NCBI GenBank assembly: GCA_017608525.1
Contig: JAFCFS010000002.1
Span: 1 to 40,669, forward strand
Source: Candidatus Woesearchaeota archaeon
Lineage (GTDB): Archaea > Nanobdellota > Nanobdellia > SCGC-AAA011-G17 > GW2011-AR17
Direction of reading: 5' to 3'
DNA: 40,669 nucleotides
Shown one piece after another: positions 36,378 through 40,669 of this stretch. Positions within the stretch are counted from its first letter, which is position 1; each line of letters starts with the position of its first letter. The notes beneath the pieces are model-generated. The model was not told where the DNA came from. It made no database searches and saw only the letters and a list, made by a program, of their open reading frames with translations. Made by a program: the position numbers and the translations under genes.

Positions 36378-36919
36378 TACTTTGCAATTACATAGATTTC
36401 CTTGCTCCTCTTTTTTGAAGCAGAAGGTTTGTAGCATCTTACAAATCTGAACTTTTTTCTTATCTTTTCTAAAAATTCTTCAACCCCCTTTCCCTGAAAA
36501 ATTTTGCATACAAAGTTCCCACCCATTTTCAATTTTTCATCTGCAATACTAAGCGCTTTTTTACATAACTCAATACTTCTTTCTATATCTATTTCAGGAA
36601 TTCCGCTTATTTTTGGGGAAAGATCACTTAATATCGTATCAAATTTTCCCAAACCCTTCAATAATTCATCATTGAATACGCTCCCTTTTATGAATTTAAC
36701 ACCTTCTATTTTTTCAATTTCTTTTTCATCAATTCCAACAACATATGCTCCTAATTTTTTTGCAACCAAAAGCCAACCTCCAGGCCAACAACCCAAATCG
36801 AGAACTTTATATCCCTTTTTAATAATCTTAAATGCTTTATTTATTTGAAGAAGCTTAAATGCGCTTCTTGCTCTCAATCCAGACTTTTTTGCTGCAGAAG
36901 TATAGAAATCCTTTTTCAT
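36365..36919 (-). CDS. rlmE: 23S rRNA Um2552 2'-O-methyltransferase (RlmE/RrmJ)
   Basis: RARSAFKL, DLGCWPGGW, SDLSP, FVCKIFQG and KPSAS...S.EIY (K-D-K-E tetrad). Confidence 0.93.
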   Translation of the reverse strand: MKKDFYTSAAKKSGLRARSAFKLLQINKAFKIIKKGYKVLDLGCWPGGWLLVAKKLGAYVVGIDEKEIEKIEGVKFIKGSVFNDELLKGLGKFDTILSDLSPKISGIPEIDIERSIELCKKALSIADEKLKMGGNFVCKIFQGKGVEEFLEKIRKKFRFVRCYKPSASKKRSKEIYVIAKYYKG

Positions 36920-37563
36920 CTTGATTTTTCAATCATTTCCTCTATCCTTTTTCTTCTCTTCTTCGAAAGTCTATTTTTCAAGACAAAGAATTTATTTTTA
37001 TTGTATAACACATACTGGTAAGTTACTTTTTCAATTTTGTCTCGGTGTTTCTCTGGTAGATACCTAACAAGAGGAACAGAAATTATTAGAACTTTCTTTT
37101 TCGCAATCCTAATACAATCATCAACAAAATTTTCTATGTAACTTTTAACATTCACATCTTCTGGAACATACTTAAAGCCATCACCACATTTTACCTTTTT
37201 ATAAGGCCTTAAAGGAAGACCGCAACAAATTACATAATCAAAAGTTTTGTCTTCAAAAGGCAACTCCCTTATGTCACCAATTATTCCTTTAATCCCATTC
37301 TTCCTTAACTCCTTTATAAATTCTGGAATAATATCATAACCTATAACATTTTTGTATACCACACCAAAAGAAACAGGTCCACAGCATAAATCTAAAACAA
37401 GTCCTGATAGCTTAATCCCTGCTTTCTTGAGATATTCCTTAAATGCTTCTTCTGCAAATTTTCTATAATCTTTAAATTTATCGCTTATATCGGGAACTTT
37501 ACCCCAATCGTAATTATCCATTTCTTTCAACAGTTCATGAAGTTTCTTTTTTCTCGAGTTCAA
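36916..37563 (-). CDS. Class I SAM-dependent methyltransferase
   Basis: VLDLCCG, GYDI and GDIRELPFEDKTFDYV; TTG 37563 follows SD AGGAGG (start uncertain). Confidence 0.8.
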   Translation of the reverse strand: MNSRKKKLHELLKEMDNYDWGKVPDISDKFKDYRKFAEEAFKEYLKKAGIKLSGLVLDLCCGPVSFGVVYKNVIGYDIIPEFIKELRKNGIKGIIGDIRELPFEDKTFDYVICCGLPLRPYKKVKCGDGFKYVPEDVNVKSYIENFVDDCIRIAKKKVLIISVPLVRYLPEKHRDKIEKVTYQYVLYNKNKFFVLKNRLSKKRRKRIEEMIEKSR

Positions 37564-38887
37564 ATTCAATCCTCCTTTCAACCCTAATTGCAGTAGGAGC
37601 CTCTCCACCATGCCATGTAAATCTTGGCCTTATTCTCATTGGGTAAAGCCTCTCGCTGTTGTCATCCAATACTATTGCGGCACCCTTTTCTCTTGGTAAA
37701 GCATCCATTTGTTGTGTTAAGGTAGAGGCCATATAGCTTTGGGTCATCTGATTTAGGGCATCAACATCCGGTCTGGCAGTAATTCTATGGCTTATTACTA
37801 TATCTGATTGAGTCATAACATCGGTATGGATTTTTCCCGGTTGTTGTGTACATAGTATCAAACTTACTCCCGGTTGTCTTCCTTCCCTCAAAATTGTAAC
37901 AAGGGCGTCCGTTGCAGGAGTTTTTCCTTTTTCAGGCAATGCTTCGTGTGCCTCATCGAGTATCAACCAAACTAATGGTTTCCTTTCTTTTATTTCAGCC
38001 TCTTCCTCGGTTTTGAAATAGCTATAACCAACTTTAATAGCTTCCAACTCTTCCATCTTTCTTGCTACCATTCTTTCCCTAAACAATTTTTTAGCAACAA
38101 GACCAATAACAAGATTTTTTACACCCCATCCTCCTTCACTGGTTGTATAGCAGCTTATGTCCAAAACAGAAACTTTCCCTCCTATGCACAAATCCTCAAT
38201 TTCTGTTCCTTTTTCTCTAAACAAACCCCATCTTTTAGCAGCCATTAAATGATTTATTGTTGCATTCTTGGTATTGGTATCTGTTTCTTTATCTTCCCTG
38301 ACAGCTTTGATCATGTCATCAATGCTATACTCTTTTACTCCTTTCTCATCAAATTCCCCAAGTATTTTTTCAATCAAAATTCCAACAGGATCGTTCAATG
38401 TCAACCCAAAACTCAAAGCCCAATCCTCAGCTGTTAATTCATTTGGTTTAATTGAAAATGGGTAGTCTGTTGGAAGACCCTCCCTCTTGTATCTTTCGTA
38501 ATACTCATATGGCGTGAATATTTTAATATCTAAACCTTTTCCCTTTAATCCCCATTGCTCAAGTAACTCTGCATCCTTTTCATTTGGGTATTTCATTGTC
38601 CAATAGATTCCCATAGTGTCAAAAATTATTATGCTTATATTTTTCTTTATTTCAGGTGGAAGGTCTATTATCCCTTCAGAGATTACTCCTAAAGTATAAG
38701 ATTTTCCAGATCCCCTTTTTCCACATACGAGTATAACGTGACTTCTTACAACATCTAAATAAACAGGATTTGCCAGAGAGGTTGTCCTCCCCATCTTGAC
38801 ATAGCTCTTTCCAATAAAAACCATGCCTTTTTTTCCAAATTTTTTTCTATCAGATTCATTTCTTCCAATTATAATATCGTATGGCAT
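37535..38887 (-). CDS. HerA/VirB4-like (DUF87-type) ATPase
   Basis: HVILVCGKRGSGKS, IFDTMG, ILDEAH, REGRQPG and TQQP. Confidence 0.87.
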   Translation of the reverse strand: MPYDIIIGRNESDRKKFGKKGMVFIGKSYVKMGRTTSLANPVYLDVVRSHVILVCGKRGSGKSYTLGVISEGIIDLPPEIKKNISIIIFDTMGIYWTMKYPNEKDAELLEQWGLKGKGLDIKIFTPYEYYERYKREGLPTDYPFSIKPNELTAEDWALSFGLTLNDPVGILIEKILGEFDEKGVKEYSIDDMIKAVREDKETDTNTKNATINHLMAAKRWGLFREKGTEIEDLCIGGKVSVLDISCYTTSEGGWGVKNLVIGLVAKKLFRERMVARKMEELEAIKVGYSYFKTEEEAEIKERKPLVWLILDEAHEALPEKGKTPATDALVTILREGRQPGVSLILCTQQPGKIHTDVMTQSDIVISHRITARPDVDALNQMTQSYMASTLTQQMDALPREKGAAIVLDDNSERLYPMRIRPRFTWHGGEAPTAIRVERRIEFELEKKETS

Positions 38888-38968
38888 TAAATTAATCTAA
38901 TTGCATCAAAATTATAAGCTTTTCTATCCCGTAAAAATTTTAAACTAGAAAATTCTAAAGGGCTTAAA

Positions 38969-39753
38969 ATGGAAAAATTTATGTCAAAGTACAAAAGCAA
39001 GGTATTCAGAGTAATAAAAAAATATAAGTTAGTTGTTGATGGTGATAAGATATTTGTTTGCCTTAGTGGTGGTAAGGATAGCGGTTCAGCAGCATATCTT
39101 TTAAAAAAATATATTGAAGAAAAAAAACAAGGGAACAAACAAAAATGATTGGAATACCTCTTATAAAAATAGACGTTTCTGAATACGGTGTTGATATGAA
39201 AAAGATTGCAAAACTTCCAAGGCCTATATGCAGCTCCTGTGGACTAATTAAAAGATATCTTATGAATAAAGTTCCAAGAGAGATGGAGGCAAATAAAATT
39301 GCAACAGGTCATCATGGAGACGATTTTCTAGTTTTCTTCTTCAAAAATATTATGGGAGGAAACATAGAATGGATTGCAAAATTTACGCCCCTTTTAAAAA
39401 GTAGTGGAAAAAGTATTGCAAGGATAAGGCCGTTGTTTTTTGTTGGAAATGAAGATAATGAAAAATTTTGTAATGCTGTTGAATTACCATACATTCGTGA
39501 AGAGCTCTGCCCATATATTAATTTCAAAAGAAAAATAGATAAGTCTAGAAAAAAATGGTTCGAAATAATAAATCAGATTCAGAAGAAAAAACCAGATTTT
39601 AGGGAAAGAATGGTTGATGGCATAGCAAAATTGGCGAAAAGAATTTATTCTTCACTTGAAAAACCAAGGGAATGCAAATTGTGTGGTGAACCAACAAATG
39701 CAGAAATATGCGGATTTTGTAAACTAATTGAAATGTCAAAAAATAAAAAATAA
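38969..39753 (+). pseudogene. TtuA/TtcA/Ctu1-family tRNA thiolase, frameshifted with apparent internal deletion
   Basis: 59-aa ORF 38969..39148 with PP-loop SGGKDS; second frame 39145..39753 with CSSC, ATGHHGDD, RIRPL, CPY and CxxC..CxxC. Confidence 0.75.
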
Positions 39754-39757
39754 AAAA

Positions 39758-40246
39758 TTAGTGCTTTCTCAATTTACTTTGAAAGTCTTCCAATGAAACT
39801 TCACTTCCAAGTTTTATTTTGTATTTTCTTAACAAATCTAAAATTCCCTCTTCGTTATGGTTTATTACTGCGTAAAACTTGCCCGGTGTTGCTTTTTCTG
39901 TCACAACCAATCTTAACATTCTTGTTTCAGGATTAACTTCATAAATCTCTCCGGGAGTTGCTAAAACTTCGTAGCATCTCACGCCTCTCTTTCCAACCAG
40001 CTTAAATTCTTCAATTTTTCTCTCTATTAAATCTGTTATCTCTGCACTTCTTGTCATTGCAAATATACCTAATTTTCTTTTTATTTCTTCAGCAGCCTCC
40101 TTTATCTTTTCTTTGTTTGGGTTTTTAAGTTGATATCTTTCAATAACTTCGGAAATTTCACTTGATAGCTCTTTCAAAATTTTTCCCGTCTCTTCAGTAG
40201 ATTCCTCAAGCAATTTTTTCAAATCTTTTAAATTGAATTTTGGCAT
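39758..40246 (-). CDS. Hypothetical protein
   Basis: ATG 40246 after SD AAGGAGG; helical N-half and beta-rich C-half. Confidence 0.65.
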   Translation of the reverse strand: MPKFNLKDLKKLLEESTEETGKILKELSSEISEVIERYQLKNPNKEKIKEAAEEIKRKLGIFAMTRSAEITDLIERKIEEFKLVGKRGVRCYEVLATPGEIYEVNPETRMLRLVVTEKATPGKFYAVINHNEEGILDLLRKYKIKLGSEVSLEDFQSKLRKH

Positions 40247-40247
40247 T

Positions 40248-40667
40248 TTATTCCTCCTTGTTTTCATAAACTATTTTTTCAGTAACTTTTCTAATAAGAT
40301 CAGGATAATTTTTTTCAAGCCATTTATCTACATCTTCATTTTTTTTGCCCTCAGAAATTAAATTGGAGATTACTATTTCCTTTTCACTGCTTTCAAGTTT
40401 TTCAAAAAAATCGATAAATCTTTCCAGGCTATCTTCATAATATGCTATTGCAAGTTGGATTTTTTTCTCGCATAGGTTTTCTAAAGGAACATCCAATAAC
40501 TTAGAAAAATAGGTTAATTCTTTTAAGTTTTCTAACCCTTTCTCTTTAATATACTGCATAGCAAGACTGAAACCTACTCTAAGCCGGTAATGATTTTTTT
40601 CATCTTTTCCTACCGATACTAACTCTTCTAGTAAACTTTTAAAATCTTCTATGTCCCAATACTTTTC
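40248..40667 (-). CDS. Hypothetical protein, 5'-truncated by the window edge
   Basis: The frame stays open upstream of ATG 40559 to the window end (EKYWDIEDFKSLLEEL...). Confidence 0.65.
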   Translation of the reverse strand, partial: EKYWDIEDFKSLLEELVSVGKDEKNHYRLRVGFSLAMQYIKEKGLENLKELTYFSKLLDVPLENLCEKKIQLAIAYYEDSLERFIDFFEKLESSEKEIVISNLISEGKKNEDVDKWLEKNYPDLIRKVTEKIVYENKEE

Positions 40668-40669
40668 TA

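Noticed and set aside
38887-39138. 83-aa minus-strand ORF
   Set aside because: It is antisense to the PP-loop fragment 38969..39148, which has the recognisable SGGKDS motif
1-40669. CRISPR array, IS element, provirus or diversity-generating retroelement
   Set aside because: By eye I found no regularly spaced repeats, transposase, integrase, capsid, reverse transcriptase or near-duplicate TR/VR pair; a self dot-plot would confirm this

Overview
AT-rich, densely packed archaeal DNA with no rRNA, canonical tRNA, CRISPR array, transposase or integrase that I can see. PAN, Hef, FEN1, Trm5 and a PRC-barrel protein mark it as archaeal. The gene styles suggest a DPANN lineage such as Woesearchaeota/Pacearchaeota (inference). 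Housekeeping genes flank two surface-related loci. (1) A type IV pilus locus at 13.5-25.9 kb has a secretion ATPase, a platform protein and about 10 class III signal-peptide proteins, plus small genes that the ORF track missed or mis-started. Two large pilin-like proteins carry apparently inactivated peptidoglycan-hydrolase folds (M23-like and Amidase_3-like), and one also carries an intact zincin protease motif. (2) A minus-strand cluster at 28.2-33.7 kb has three membrane-anchored zinc-ribbon proteins (one a large Cys-rich surface protein), a second surface protein and a HerA-like ATPase fused to a winged helix. Other oddities are a Trm5 with a TIM barrel inserted in its methyltransferase fold, a promoter-preceded ~70-nt structured RNA candidate, Hef split by an antisense MBL gene, a pseudo-M50 protease, a probable AUU start codon and a broken TtuA/TtcA gene. 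All domain calls come from motif recognition by eye, not from database searches.
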